Assembly: GCA_964195735.1 (NCBI GenBank)
Contig: CAXMQY010000061.1
Span: 1,131-65,130, forward strand
Source of the DNA: an uncultured Haliangium sp.
Lineage (GTDB): Bacteria > Pseudomonadota > Gammaproteobacteria > GCA-001735895
Length of the DNA stretch: 64,000 nt
Direction of reading: 5' to 3'
Of the stretch, positions 36,719-46,366 are shown one piece after another; the first letter of the stretch is position 1, and the number at the start of each line of letters is the position of its first letter. The notes below the pieces were generated by a model. It made no database searches. It had not been told where the DNA came from and worked only from the letters and a program-made list of their open reading frames with translations. The position numbers were made by a program, and so were the translations under genes.

Positions 36719-38797
36719 TCAGTAGAGGTAATCGCCGACAATTTCCACCAGGTGATCAACCCAGCGGTCCGGAATCGGCTCGAGCAGTTCCGGCGAAAGT
36801 CGAAAATCGGGTTCGAACAGGCGCTCGAGCAGTTGCTCGGAAATCTCCGGGGCCGAACCTGCAATGTTTAACTCGCGGTTCAGTCGCAGGCTCCAGCGAT
36901 CGAAGTTCGCCGAGCCGACACAGAACCAGCCGTCGTAAATTGCCGCCTTCACGTGCGAAAATCCCGGGTAGATAAAGACCCGAATGCCGTGCTTCAGCAT
37001 CAGGTTGGCGGCCAGCACATTGCTGCGGCCGATGGCGCCGTGGTCGGATTCCATGGGTATGATGACGCGCACGTCGACCCCGCGCCGACGTGCCAGTACC
37101 AGCTCGCGCAACAGGCTGTCGTCGGTGAAGTAGGCGTTCTGGATGTAAATGTAACTGCGCGCGCGTCGAATCGCTTCGAGCTGGGTCTTGTAGATTTCGT
37201 AGTTGCCGGGTTCGGTGAGTAGTATTCGTAAAGGGTAGCCCTCGGCCTGGCGGGTATTTTCCGTCGGGGTGGCCTGCGCGATCACGTACCCGAGGTCGCC
37301 GAGCGGGCCGGCATGACCCCAGGCCAGGTGGAATTCGCGGTCGATGGTGTCGACGACAGGCCCACGAATTTCCACCATCAGGTCGTGCCAGTCGTAACGA
37401 TACTCGCGTCCGATATTCATACCGCCCACAAACGCGATCCGGTGATCAATGAGTGTGCTTTTGACATGGTCGCCGGTGAACCACGGGTTGGCTTTCTGGC
37501 GCACGTTAATTTGCGAACCCGATTCCAGGAACCGTCGTACCGAAGGCGGGGCCACGTGTTGCTCGGGCAACGACTCGGATTCCGCCATGGTCCCCGAAAT
37601 CGTGCCCAGCCCATCGAGCAGCACCTTGACCTCGATCCCCTCGTTGGAACGCCGCTTTAACATTTCACCGATTTTGACCGCATAGTCATCGTTATCGAAT
37701 ATGTAGGTCTGCAACTGCACCGAGTCTTCGGCCGCAACAACCCTGTCGATCAGGCGCGTAAAGAATGCCTCGCCGTCAACCAGGATTTCCACATTGCCGG
37801 AGGATTGCGGGCGGCTCGAAATTTTATCGAGTTCAGATTCCCAGAGCTGAAAATCCATTGGCGGCGCATCGCCGAGCGGTGGTGGCGGTGTCGCGCTCAG
37901 ACCCGTAGCCCAGTCGATGCTAACAGTCGCGACAGCGGTATCCGTGACCACGAAGAACAATCGATACAGCGACGATATGGGTCGCTGCACAAGGTTGGTA
38001 AGATGGCTCTGCATTACATGGCCGAAAGCCTGGCTGCTTTTCAATCCGGGTACCGCGGCGACGGCGGCGGTCGGATGCAAGGGCACGTTCCTGACAAAAA
38101 TCGCCAGGTGGCGCTCGGTGTTGATGTACAGAAAAGGTAGTGAATACAAACCGCTATCGCCGGTATTGAACACAAACTCGGTCTGGTTAATCCCGTGCTC
38201 CTCGAGGAAAGCATCCAGAAGCGGACGCCCGCGGCGCATGAATTCGACAAAGTACAGTCGCTTCAGCACGCGGTAACCGGGTGGTTTGTCCTGCAGGAGC
38301 GTTGCCTCGAACTTCCCCGCGGAATCATGGAACAGGAAGTATTCGGCGTACTCGAAATCAATGACCACCCCGCCGCCGTTAGCCGGCACTACCGAGCGCA
38401 GCAATCGATCGCGTAGCAACTGCCATTTATCTATGCTGAAAATGGGAATATTGATCACGTCTGCCGGCAGGGATTCCCACGGCGTTTCGCGGTGATACTG
38501 CATCGGCACCAGGCTCGGAGAGGTGTAATTTGCTGATTCGTCTATAGGAGTTTTGGCCAGATCCACGCGATTGTGCCAGTTACCGCCGGCATACAGCACA
38601 CGGTCTCCGAGACGGTACTTGACGTAGAAATCCCTGTCGTCGCGATAACCTTCCAGCGCCACCATCGGCAGGGTTTCGGATTCGGTGACCGCCGCATCTC
38701 GCGGAGGTATCTCGGTAGGGGTTGCGGTAGGGGTTGCGCAACCTGCAGCAAAAGCTGCAAGCACAAGGGCGAGGCTGGTGATGCGTTGACGGCGCAA
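36719..38797 (-). CDS. phospholipase D / cardiolipin-synthase-family lipoprotein (two HKD motifs)
   Basis: 692 aa with a lipobox (LAAFAAGC). The HKD motifs are HVKSTLIDHRIAFVGGMNIG and SHVKAAIYDGWFCVGSANFD. Confidence 0.8.
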   Translation of the reverse strand: MRRQRITSLALVLAAFAAGCATPTATPTEIPPRDAAVTESETLPMVALEGYRDDRDFYVKYRLGDRVLYAGGNWHNRVDLAKTPIDESANYTSPSLVPMQYHRETPWESLPADVINIPIFSIDKWQLLRDRLLRSVVPANGGGVVIDFEYAEYFLFHDSAGKFEATLLQDKPPGYRVLKRLYFVEFMRRGRPLLDAFLEEHGINQTEFVFNTGDSGLYSLPFLYINTERHLAIFVRNVPLHPTAAVAAVPGLKSSQAFGHVMQSHLTNLVQRPISSLYRLFFVVTDTAVATVSIDWATGLSATPPPPLGDAPPMDFQLWESELDKISSRPQSSGNVEILVDGEAFFTRLIDRVVAAEDSVQLQTYIFDNDDYAVKIGEMLKRRSNEGIEVKVLLDGLGTISGTMAESESLPEQHVAPPSVRRFLESGSQINVRQKANPWFTGDHVKSTLIDHRIAFVGGMNIGREYRYDWHDLMVEIRGPVVDTIDREFHLAWGHAGPLGDLGYVIAQATPTENTRQAEGYPLRILLTEPGNYEIYKTQLEAIRRARSYIYIQNAYFTDDSLLRELVLARRRGVDVRVIIPMESDHGAIGRSNVLAANLMLKHGIRVFIYPGFSHVKAAIYDGWFCVGSANFDRWSLRLNRELNIAGSAPEISEQLLERLFEPDFRLSPELLEPIPDRWVDHLVEIVGDYLY

Positions 38798-38921
38798 GAT
38801 GCGACCATTTCTTCATCGAAAAGATACCGCCAGTTGACGTCTCTCGCAGGTCAATGTCAAGTCAGGGAACAGCGACGTTGCCATTATATTACTGTAAAGT
38901 ATCTTCTGCAGCCGGTCCCGG

Positions 38922-38997
<76 letters not shown>

Positions 38998-39071
38998 ATT
39001 TCGCCCTGGGCCTGGTCACGTAATCGCATCGCCTACAGGCACGCCTACCGGGACACACACTTTCAAAATAT

Positions 39072-40373
39072 ATGAGCGACGCTGCAAACCATCGTTACCC
39101 TGACTCCTACTACGCCGCGACGCTTAACCTCGATCTAGCGTTTCCTGCACTTGCATCCGACATTAACGCAGATGTATGCGTTGTTGGTGGTGGGTTTTCG
39201 GGCCTGGCCACGACCTTGTTTCTCAGGGAAAGCGGCCTCGACGTTGTTCTGCTGGAATCCAACCTGATCGGATGGGGCGCGTCCGGGCGCAACGGCGGCC
39301 AGGTGGTTTCAGGGTATGGAGAAGATACTGAAGACCTCGTTTCTCGCGTTCACGGTTCTTCTGCCGGACAACGCGCCTATGCGTTGGGTTACACCACTAT
39401 CGACCTGTTAAAGACGGTCATAGATCGGTACAAGATCGACTGTGATTTTACCTGGGGTTACATCCGGGCCGCCATCACCGCCCGCCAGGTCAACCATCTG
39501 AGATCAATGGCCAAAGACCTGGAACAACGCAAACCGGACAACCTAGGGGACCTGTTTGAGAGCGCCAATGTAAAACGCCTTGTTGGTACCTCGGCATACC
39601 GTGCCGCTTTGTACACAAAAAACGAAGGCCACCTGCATCCATTAAACCTGGCAATGGGCGAAGCGAACGCCATTCAAGGCCTGGGTGGGCAAATATTTGA
39701 GCAATCAGCCGTAACGGACATCCAGTACAGCCCGAACGGTCAACAGGTCACTGTAAAGACGGTTGGTGGACAGGTTCGAGCCGACACGTTGGTCCTGTGC
39801 GGCAATGCGTATCTTGAAAAGTTGGAACCTCGCCTGCATCAGACCTTGATCCCTGGCTATAGCGCCATTATCGCAACCGAACCGCTAGCCGCCGATGTCC
39901 GCGCCCGGTTGATTCCTCACAATGCAGCTGTCAGTGATATGCGTTCGGTGCTGGATTACTATCGCTTTTCAGCGGACGGTCGGATGTTATGGGGTGGCCT
40001 GAGTCACTGGAGCGGTGCTGATAGCGCGAACCCCGAGCCTCTTTTGCGCAAACGCATGATAAAGATTTTCCCGGAATTGGCACAGGCCCGAATAGAGTAT
40101 CGGTGGAGCGGCCGTATCGGCATTAGCGCCAATCTGAACCCGCAAATCGGGCGGTTGGCACCCAATGTCTATTACGCGCAGGCCTATTCCGGCCATGGCG
40201 TCGCATCGACACATTTGTCAGGCCGAATGATTGCGGACGCCATCACAGGACAGTCCGATGACTTCGACATGTTTGCCAGCATCCGCCACCAACGAGTACC
40301 CAACATTGACTTGATTCATAAGCTGGCGAGAGCCTGGGGCATGAACTCTCGCCGCGTTATTGAGTGGTTTTAG
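39072..40373 (+). CDS. FAD-dependent oxidoreductase, PuuB/OrdL (gamma-glutamylputrescine oxidase)-like
   Basis: 433 aa, colinear with E. coli PuuB. Matching segments are SYYAA, DVCVVGGGFSGL, WGASGRNGGQV, GHLHPLNLAMGEANAI and YYAQAYSGHGVASTHL. Confidence 0.8.
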   Translation: MSDAANHRYPDSYYAATLNLDLAFPALASDINADVCVVGGGFSGLATTLFLRESGLDVVLLESNLIGWGASGRNGGQVVSGYGEDTEDLVSRVHGSSAGQRAYALGYTTIDLLKTVIDRYKIDCDFTWGYIRAAITARQVNHLRSMAKDLEQRKPDNLGDLFESANVKRLVGTSAYRAALYTKNEGHLHPLNLAMGEANAIQGLGGQIFEQSAVTDIQYSPNGQQVTVKTVGGQVRADTLVLCGNAYLEKLEPRLHQTLIPGYSAIIATEPLAADVRARLIPHNAAVSDMRSVLDYYRFSADGRMLWGGLSHWSGADSANPEPLLRKRMIKIFPELAQARIEYRWSGRIGISANLNPQIGRLAPNVYYAQAYSGHGVASTHLSGRMIADAITGQSDDFDMFASIRHQRVPNIDLIHKLARAWGMNSRRVIEWF

Positions 40374-40466
40374 AGAGCAAAACGTCGAACCGTATGGGGG
40401 GTCAGACCACCTTAATTCGCGAAACCTCGGAGTTAAGGTAACTGTCACGAATGGCACCTTAATTGT

Positions 40467-41666
40467 CTATCGTGTCCAGGCGTTACCGACCTGGATATAG
40501 AAGGCAGTATCTTCAGGGCCCCAGGCCACATCAATGCCCGCACGCATGCCAAACCGCCGTGCAACGAGGTACCTGAATCCAATGCCTTTGGAGATAACCG
40601 TTTCATCTTCACTGTTACCCCTGTCAGATACTGCTTTACCGGCTCCCACGAAACCGATGGCACTCCAGCGCGGGGTAAAATCCCAACGGACCTCTGTTTC
40701 GCCTACGATGGTTTGCTCTCCCTGGTAACGCATCGCTGGTATGCCGCGCAGGTTAATGTATGGATACTCGTAGAAAGGTGGGTCTCCGCTGACGGCCGAG
40801 GTGTCGGCACGCAGACCAACCACCCAGTCAGTGCTGACAGGGAACCAGTAATTGGCGAAGACGCGATATTTGTTGAATTCCGCATCACCACCCCAGGTGT
40901 CACCATAATTTGTCATATTGACTTGTGCTTTCAAACCCTGGCCGGGAGTGATGGTGTTATTCAGGCCCTCGTATTGAAGCACCAGACCAAGACCGGCTGA
41001 GGTACTGTTGAATTCTACATCGGGTAATCCGATGCCTGGAAACAACTCGGATGTGTCGAAGCTGTTATCTGTTTTCAGATAGGTATATTCAAGCCCGGCA
41101 AAATAGTTGGATTCCTTGATCCGAAACAGCAGTTCCTGCAGAAAGTAGGTAGCCTTGGTATTAAAACTGACAGGATTGCCACCCAGGTTTCCATTGCCCG
41201 AATCCAGGCCATAAAACTTCATGTTTACATTGGCTTCTACCAGTACGCCTGTGTAACGCAGGGTATCGTCCTTCCAGATACCACGATGCATGCCGCCGGC
41301 AAACCAGGTGTCATTTTCGGTGTAACCGCCAAACACGGCGGAGGCACTGGGTGGTTTCAGGTTTCCATCTGCGTCCGGGTTAGGCTCAAATTCTTTTCCC
41401 GGTTCCGTCTTGCCCGCGAGTGGATCATGAAAAAAAACACCGGCGATGCCGAGACCATAACCGACGGCCGGTTCAGTAATGATGATAGGCACCGGAAGAA
41501 AGCCTTTTTCCTCGGCAAGAAACTTACTGGCATCCATCTTGCCATCAAGTGGATCCGTCATGGTATCGGCAAACCAGCCGGCAGCAGCTGGCAGGGTGAT
41601 GAGTGCTGACGCAATGATCAAGCTGGAAACTAGTGGGCGAATAATTGCTGTTTTATAGATATCCAT
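40467..41666 (-). CDS. outer-membrane beta-barrel protein (Omp85/surface-antigen-like, no POTRA recognised)
   Basis: 399 aa with a signal peptide. It has a GFLPVPIIITEPAVGYGLG motif and alternating beta-strand pattern to the C-terminus. Confidence 0.55.
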   Translation of the reverse strand: MDIYKTAIIRPLVSSLIIASALITLPAAAGWFADTMTDPLDGKMDASKFLAEEKGFLPVPIIITEPAVGYGLGIAGVFFHDPLAGKTEPGKEFEPNPDADGNLKPPSASAVFGGYTENDTWFAGGMHRGIWKDDTLRYTGVLVEANVNMKFYGLDSGNGNLGGNPVSFNTKATYFLQELLFRIKESNYFAGLEYTYLKTDNSFDTSELFPGIGLPDVEFNSTSAGLGLVLQYEGLNNTITPGQGLKAQVNMTNYGDTWGGDAEFNKYRVFANYWFPVSTDWVVGLRADTSAVSGDPPFYEYPYINLRGIPAMRYQGEQTIVGETEVRWDFTPRWSAIGFVGAGKAVSDRGNSEDETVISKGIGFRYLVARRFGMRAGIDVAWGPEDTAFYIQVGNAWTR

Positions 41667-41847
41667 GCTTTAACTGTGACCAGTCAAGAGTGAAGTAAAG
41701 AAGACCGTCTCGAGTCGACTTATCTGCTGCATAGTATTGATATCCAGACGTTATATGTAAATAGTTTTAGCGCCATGAGGCCTGGAATAATAGATGGCCG
41801 TTCAACTGAGACGTATGCATAGACACTGTGACCCCCCTGGACACAAC

Positions 41848-43035
41848 CTAGAACGACACATCCCATTGCAGGCGAATACGCTTCTCGGTTTGCTTATCTT
41901 CCGTGTGTTTTCGATCGATACGCGATACGTCCGCCGTCAGTTTGTTGCGGTGACCTTTTATGAACCAGTTCGCAGAGATTGTAGATTCTCGCTCCATACC
42001 AACGTTGTTTTCCTGATCAGGATCTACCGCGGCGTGTCGCAGTGCAAGCTCCAGTGGTTCCGGCACGCTATCCCACACCTCCGAGAAGAACATACCAGCC
42101 TGGACGTAGCCGCCAACAAGCTTCTGCTCTGTTTTCGTCACTGAGTCATTTATTATCTTCCAGTGAAACTCTTGCTGCCACGAGAATCCCCGGTATTTCC
42201 AGGCAGTTTCGAACATCGCCTGGTTAAGTCGATAACGATCCGACTGGCCGTTTTCGTACCCTGGGAGCTGCCCGCCGCCGTCACTCGAAAATTTTGTATA
42301 CATGGTTTCGCCGGACACCGCGGCAACCGCGATTGAGCCCGCCGGTTTATCACGTCGTTCCAGGTCGCCCTGGCCGAACTCGAGTAGGCGTTTGGTAAAG
42401 TTCCATTGGTAGCGCCCCATCCACAAGCCGTTAGCGTCGTCCAGGCTGCCACCTCTGCCCGCTCCACTGAGCCGGCCAAACCAGAAACTTGAATCCAGCG
42501 TTTCCCCCGCGGCCAATCGCCCTGAAAAGACAACGCCAATCTGGCGATCGATTGTGAACCAGGGCGTGACAATGGAGCGGTCGACGAATTGCTGGGCGCC
42601 GGACGAATCGATGCGTTCACGGTTGTAGTCCGCTTTCCACTGGCCCACGCGAAGGAAGAGCCAATCCCTTATTTCGTATGTCGCCCTCAGATCCAGCAAA
42701 TAACCATTGATAAAATCGTACTCCGTATAGACCTGGAATCTTGGTGAAACGAGATGGCCGCCCAGTTTGAAGCGACCGCGATTGAGCTTTAACTCGGAGT
42801 CGTTGTCGGTTGGTTTGCCTGATTCATCGTCGTAATCAACCGTAGCGTCGGTATATCGTGTCTGCAGCCGCACACCGAACCACAGGAAATTGTTGCCGTC
42901 AGCGCTTTCATACTGAAGCCCTTTGCTGCCATAAGAGAACCCGCCTGGCTCGGTCTCGGAATCGATGCCAGCCGCGACAACGCCGGGAAGCAAGAGAGTC
43001 GAACAGGCAAAAAGGGCAGATCGAATAAATGTCAT
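41848..43035 (-). CDS. porin, OprO/OprP (phosphate-selective porin O/P)-like
   Basis: 395 aa with a signal peptide (ALFACSTLLLPGVVAAG). It has alternating-strand composition and a C-terminal ...RLQWDVSF ending in Phe. Confidence 0.55.
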   Translation of the reverse strand: MTFIRSALFACSTLLLPGVVAAGIDSETEPGGFSYGSKGLQYESADGNNFLWFGVRLQTRYTDATVDYDDESGKPTDNDSELKLNRGRFKLGGHLVSPRFQVYTEYDFINGYLLDLRATYEIRDWLFLRVGQWKADYNRERIDSSGAQQFVDRSIVTPWFTIDRQIGVVFSGRLAAGETLDSSFWFGRLSGAGRGGSLDDANGLWMGRYQWNFTKRLLEFGQGDLERRDKPAGSIAVAAVSGETMYTKFSSDGGGQLPGYENGQSDRYRLNQAMFETAWKYRGFSWQQEFHWKIINDSVTKTEQKLVGGYVQAGMFFSEVWDSVPEPLELALRHAAVDPDQENNVGMERESTISANWFIKGHRNKLTADVSRIDRKHTEDKQTEKRIRLQWDVSF

Positions 43036-43404
43036 CTCAATAAGTTCGCCTCATCCGCTCCGTTAATATCGCTACCCCTGCCGCCGCATTCGATACGGTA
43101 GCCTGTGCATTAAATTCTACAGGAGCGCAAAACGAGTAGGTGCATTCTGAGTCCTTACGTCCGATCACACAACGCGACTTTACGGTCAATGCGCCTGTCT
43201 CACGTTCAGTTAAGCCGTCAGGCGCAACCACAACCTCGGCATTATCCGCAAATACATGCAAGCGTCCACTTCGCGCGCGCACTACCAATAGACGACACCT
43301 GCAAGATGCCATGTTTCCCAAAAAGCGAAGAAAGGGGACGGACCACTTTTGGTAAACCGACTCCGGTGCTATCCTCAAACCAGTGTGTAAATCAGGAAAT
43401 CAAT

Positions 43405-44229
43405 TTGGGTCTTCAGAAACGCTTCCAGCACTTTTTCGTTAGCGCCGCATGCTGCCTTGCTTCTCTGGCAATGCCCACTCAGTCGATCCTGGCCGATGAA
43501 CAGATTGATGCAACGGATCCGACCAAAATCTATTCGTATTTAGGAGCCGGCTTAAAATACACCGAATACACTAACGGCGAATTCATGTGGGAACTTCGTG
43601 CTACCGGCAATATCGGCTTGTCTGAGAGCGATATGCTGCTATTCGAAGGGGGCTATGGTAAACACCATGGTAATCAGGCTGAGGGTAGCGACACTGGCGG
43701 AACGCGCTTTCGGGTTCGCTGGTTTCATTTGTTCGATATGGATTATGAGCTTGAGCGCGGCTATCGCGGCTGGGGAACCTCGGTCGATGTACAGCTTGCA
43801 GGCAGCTTAAAGGGGCAGAATGGGCAAAACGTGATTTTAGTTGGCGCAATGCCGACCTTTGCGCTCGGGGGTGACTGGGATCTTTACCTGCAACTCAACA
43901 TTGCGAACACATGGGACAAGACATTCGATAACTGGAATGGCATTGGCCCTGGTTTTAATGCCCAGTTTATCTATTCACCTGATAGCTGGTGGCCGGGAGC
44001 TCAGGTGCGAATTATTCCCGGCTACATATACTGGGCGGCAGGTGAGTTGGAGGGTGAGGGATCTGGCGAACTGGAGATCAATGTCGGCGGCAATATATCG
44101 CCAACGATAACGTGGGACGTCACGTCATCGGCGAATTTCGATAAAGACCTGAATAGCTTGCGCCGGGGACTCAGTAGTGAACTGGAGAACGACTGGGATG
44201 TATTCTTCAATATCGCTGTCTATTTTTAG
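43405..44229 (+). CDS. putative outer-membrane beta-barrel protein
   Basis: The proposed TTG start at 43405 gives the signal peptide MGLQKRFQHFFVSAACCLASLAMPTQSILA/DE. The C-terminus ...FFNIAVYF is a typical OMP terminal-Phe signature. The start codon is uncertain. Confidence 0.5.
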   Translation: MGLQKRFQHFFVSAACCLASLAMPTQSILADEQIDATDPTKIYSYLGAGLKYTEYTNGEFMWELRATGNIGLSESDMLLFEGGYGKHHGNQAEGSDTGGTRFRVRWFHLFDMDYELERGYRGWGTSVDVQLAGSLKGQNGQNVILVGAMPTFALGGDWDLYLQLNIANTWDKTFDNWNGIGPGFNAQFIYSPDSWWPGAQVRIIPGYIYWAAGELEGEGSGELEINVGGNISPTITWDVTSSANFDKDLNSLRRGLSSELENDWDVFFNIAVYF

Positions 44230-44293
44230 GCTTCAGGTAAAGCTGTTTAAGCACCTTACTGGATCAGAATATTTTGCAACGCCCAGGCATCTT

Positions 44294-44367
44294 GCGGCTG
44301 CCGTCTAATGGTAGGGCCCGAGCTTCCCAGGCTGAAGATGAGGGTACGACTCCCTTTATCCGCGCCA
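44294..44367 (+). tRNA. tRNA-Gly(CCC)-like gene with a non-canonical T-loop (possible pseudogene)
   Basis: These 74 nt are colinear with E. coli glyU-type tRNA: GCGGCTG CC GTCT AATGGTA GGGC C CGAGC TTCCCAG GCTGA AGAT GAGGG TACGACT CCCTT TATCCGC G CCA. The anticodon stem has two mismatches and the acceptor stem has one. The T-loop reads TACGACT, so the near-universal U55 is an A. Confidence 0.5.
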
Positions 44368-44376
44368 TCTATTCAT

Positions 44377-44403
44377 AAAGCCCACTATTGTGGCCTTTAT
44401 TTT
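44377..44403 (+). terminator. rho-independent terminator-like hairpin after the tRNA-like gene
   Basis: AAAGCCCAC-TATT-GTGGCCTTT (one mismatch) is followed by ATTTT. Confidence 0.5.
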
Positions 44404-44539
44404 GCGTCAAAAATGGACGCTGAGAAAATTTATTTGAGTTTCTGCTAAGTGCCCATTTAAGACACTCACTTTCGTAGCGGCCTTCCATGGAAAATGGATT
44501 ACACATTGAAAACTCCAGGAGGGGGACCGACAATGAGGT

Positions 44540-45493
44540 ATGACAGCGCGTATACCTAATGAAGCCACGTTATTGTTGTTACAGGAACGTGTTGGCAAGG
44601 TACATCTCCAGCAACGCCTCGGAATAGAACGTGACTCTGAACACAAGATATTTGGCCAGGGGCGTAATCTATTCCATATCGAGAACTGGTATTCCAGCCG
44701 CCCACTCATTCGTAACAGCCTACGGCTAATGTTGCTACACGGGCGTGGGCGTCGCAATGCGCGCAAACTGGCAGTTCGTCATAACCATATAACGATCCGC
44801 GCCCTGCCTGCCGCATTTAACGACTACACCATTTTGCAGATATCCGATCTGCACATAGACATGGCGCCCGATTTCCCTCATGTCCTGATCGAGGTCTTGT
44901 GCCAGGTGGAATATGACTTGTGTGTCTTAACCGGTGATTTCAGGGCGGAAACCTATGGCCCCTATGATGCAACACTGGAAGCGATGCAGCAGGTGTGCAA
45001 ACACCTGCAAGGTGACGTGTATGGGGTCCTGGGCAATCACGATACCATCTGTATGGTACCCGGTCTGGAGTCAATGGGAGTGAACATGCTGCTGAACGAA
45101 CAGGTGGCCCTGCAATGTGGTGATGATACGATCTACCTGGCGGGTATCGATGATCCGCATTACTATCGCACCGATAGTCTGGAGAAGGCGGCGGATTCCA
45201 TACCCAACGATGCTGTTTCAATCCTGCTGGCGCATTCACCCGAGATTTACCGGAATGCCTCGCATGCTGATTTCAATGTTCTGCTCTGTGGCCATACGCA
45301 TGCGGGTCAGATTTGTCTGCCCGGTGGTATTCCGCTGATGTGCAATGCGAACTGTCCGCGGGCGTTTTGTAGAGGCGCGTGGAACTATCGGGGGATGGTG
45401 GGATATACCTCGGCCGGATCCGGTGCTTCCATAGTCGATGTCAGGATCAACTGTCCACCGGAGATAACCCTGCATCATCTTCAATGTGCTTGA
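44540..45493 (+). CDS. metallophosphoesterase (calcineurin-like)
   Basis: 317 aa with motifs QISDLHID, LTGDF, VLGNHD and LLCGHTHAGQ. Confidence 0.8.
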   Translation: MTARIPNEATLLLLQERVGKVHLQQRLGIERDSEHKIFGQGRNLFHIENWYSSRPLIRNSLRLMLLHGRGRRNARKLAVRHNHITIRALPAAFNDYTILQISDLHIDMAPDFPHVLIEVLCQVEYDLCVLTGDFRAETYGPYDATLEAMQQVCKHLQGDVYGVLGNHDTICMVPGLESMGVNMLLNEQVALQCGDDTIYLAGIDDPHYYRTDSLEKAADSIPNDAVSILLAHSPEIYRNASHADFNVLLCGHTHAGQICLPGGIPLMCNANCPRAFCRGAWNYRGMVGYTSAGSGASIVDVRINCPPEITLHHLQCA

Positions 45494-45957
45494 CCGGGTC
45501 CGTACAACCCGAACAAGACCAAGTCGACAAGGGTAAAGATTGCAGCCGCGGCCAGTATTTCTACTGTAGTCCCACCCACTATCGGTTGCATGAACCAGAG
45601 TGGCAGCAAGGATTCCGGTAATTGATCGATCAGTGGCACGGAGTGGCTTGAGGCGATTCCAAGCCGCCGCTTTATAAAACTGGAACAGATATCTCCCAAC
45701 ATCGCCAAGCAGGCGAATCCTGCGCCAGTAACTGTCGAAAATCCGAACAAGGGCGCGAGCAACGCAGTTACCAGCACAGAGGTAAGCACGCCACGGATTG
45801 TCTTGGATGGGCCCAACACGGGGCGCTGGTCAGGTAACCTGAGACCGCCATCGAGTGGAGCGTTCCAGCGATGTCCCATCAGCAGGCTGATGACCACCGG
45901 CGCCACGTTTGCAATGACGACTAACAGTACCAGAATGACAACTTGTGAGGCGTTCAT
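45481..45957 (-). CDS. CDP-archaeol synthase (CarS/DUF46) family membrane protein
   Basis: 158 aa. Motifs are NAPLDGGLRLPDQRPVLGPSKTIRG and LGDICSSFIKRRLGI...PLIDQ, matching the CarS-family pattern. Its 3' end overlaps the metallophosphoesterase 3' end by 13 nt. Confidence 0.65.
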   Translation of the reverse strand: MNASQVVILVLLVVIANVAPVVISLLMGHRWNAPLDGGLRLPDQRPVLGPSKTIRGVLTSVLVTALLAPLFGFSTVTGAGFACLAMLGDICSSFIKRRLGIASSHSVPLIDQLPESLLPLWFMQPIVGGTTVEILAAAAIFTLVDLVLFGLYGPGQAH

Positions 45958-46366
45958 GTTGTCCTGACGTATTCAGTGGACAAGGAATTTAAAGACTACT
46001 AGTTATCTTGGCAGGATGCGACACCGAGCCCTTAAACTGTCACGCGGCTTATGCATTATTGGTGGGTGAGTTAAAAAGCGACTAGTTAGTTTGTGGGTCC
46101 GCTTCGTGCCGATCCAAGACATTGACCAATACAAATTCAATGTCTTATTTTGGGGTGAGTAAATAAATATTGCCGAGCTGATTCCCGATGGGAAATCCAT
46201 TAAACAACAAGTTTAATACATTCTAACCAGTGCCCATATCCATCCCTATTGGCGCGCCACTCAGAAGCCTCTGTAGCGGTATCCCGACCTCCCACAATGG
46301 ACATAGGCGAGGAGTCGTTTTCCCTTCGATTACCAGGATAGCGTTTTTATGCGAAGATTAGCGCTT

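Noticed and set aside
38714-38737. A perfect 12-bp tandem repeat (GGTAGGGGTTGC x2).
   Set aside because: It lies inside the PLD-lipoprotein coding region and simply encodes a duplicated TPTA linker after the lipobox. It is not a regulatory or mobile feature.
43037-43378. A 113-aa ORF ending 1 nt before the porin ATG (TGAGATG).
   Set aside because: There is no recognisable domain, no clear codon-position bias, an uncertain start, and overlap with the spurious 5' extension of the opposite-strand OMP ORF. I left it unannotated.
46003-46200. A 65-aa ORF in the AT-rich spacer upstream of the adenine deaminase gene, and a possible purine riboswitch there.
   Set aside because: The ORF product looks random. 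The spacer lacks the purine-riboswitch conserved loops (UAUAAU...GUUUCUACC...CCGUAAA). More likely this is the island boundary and promoter region.
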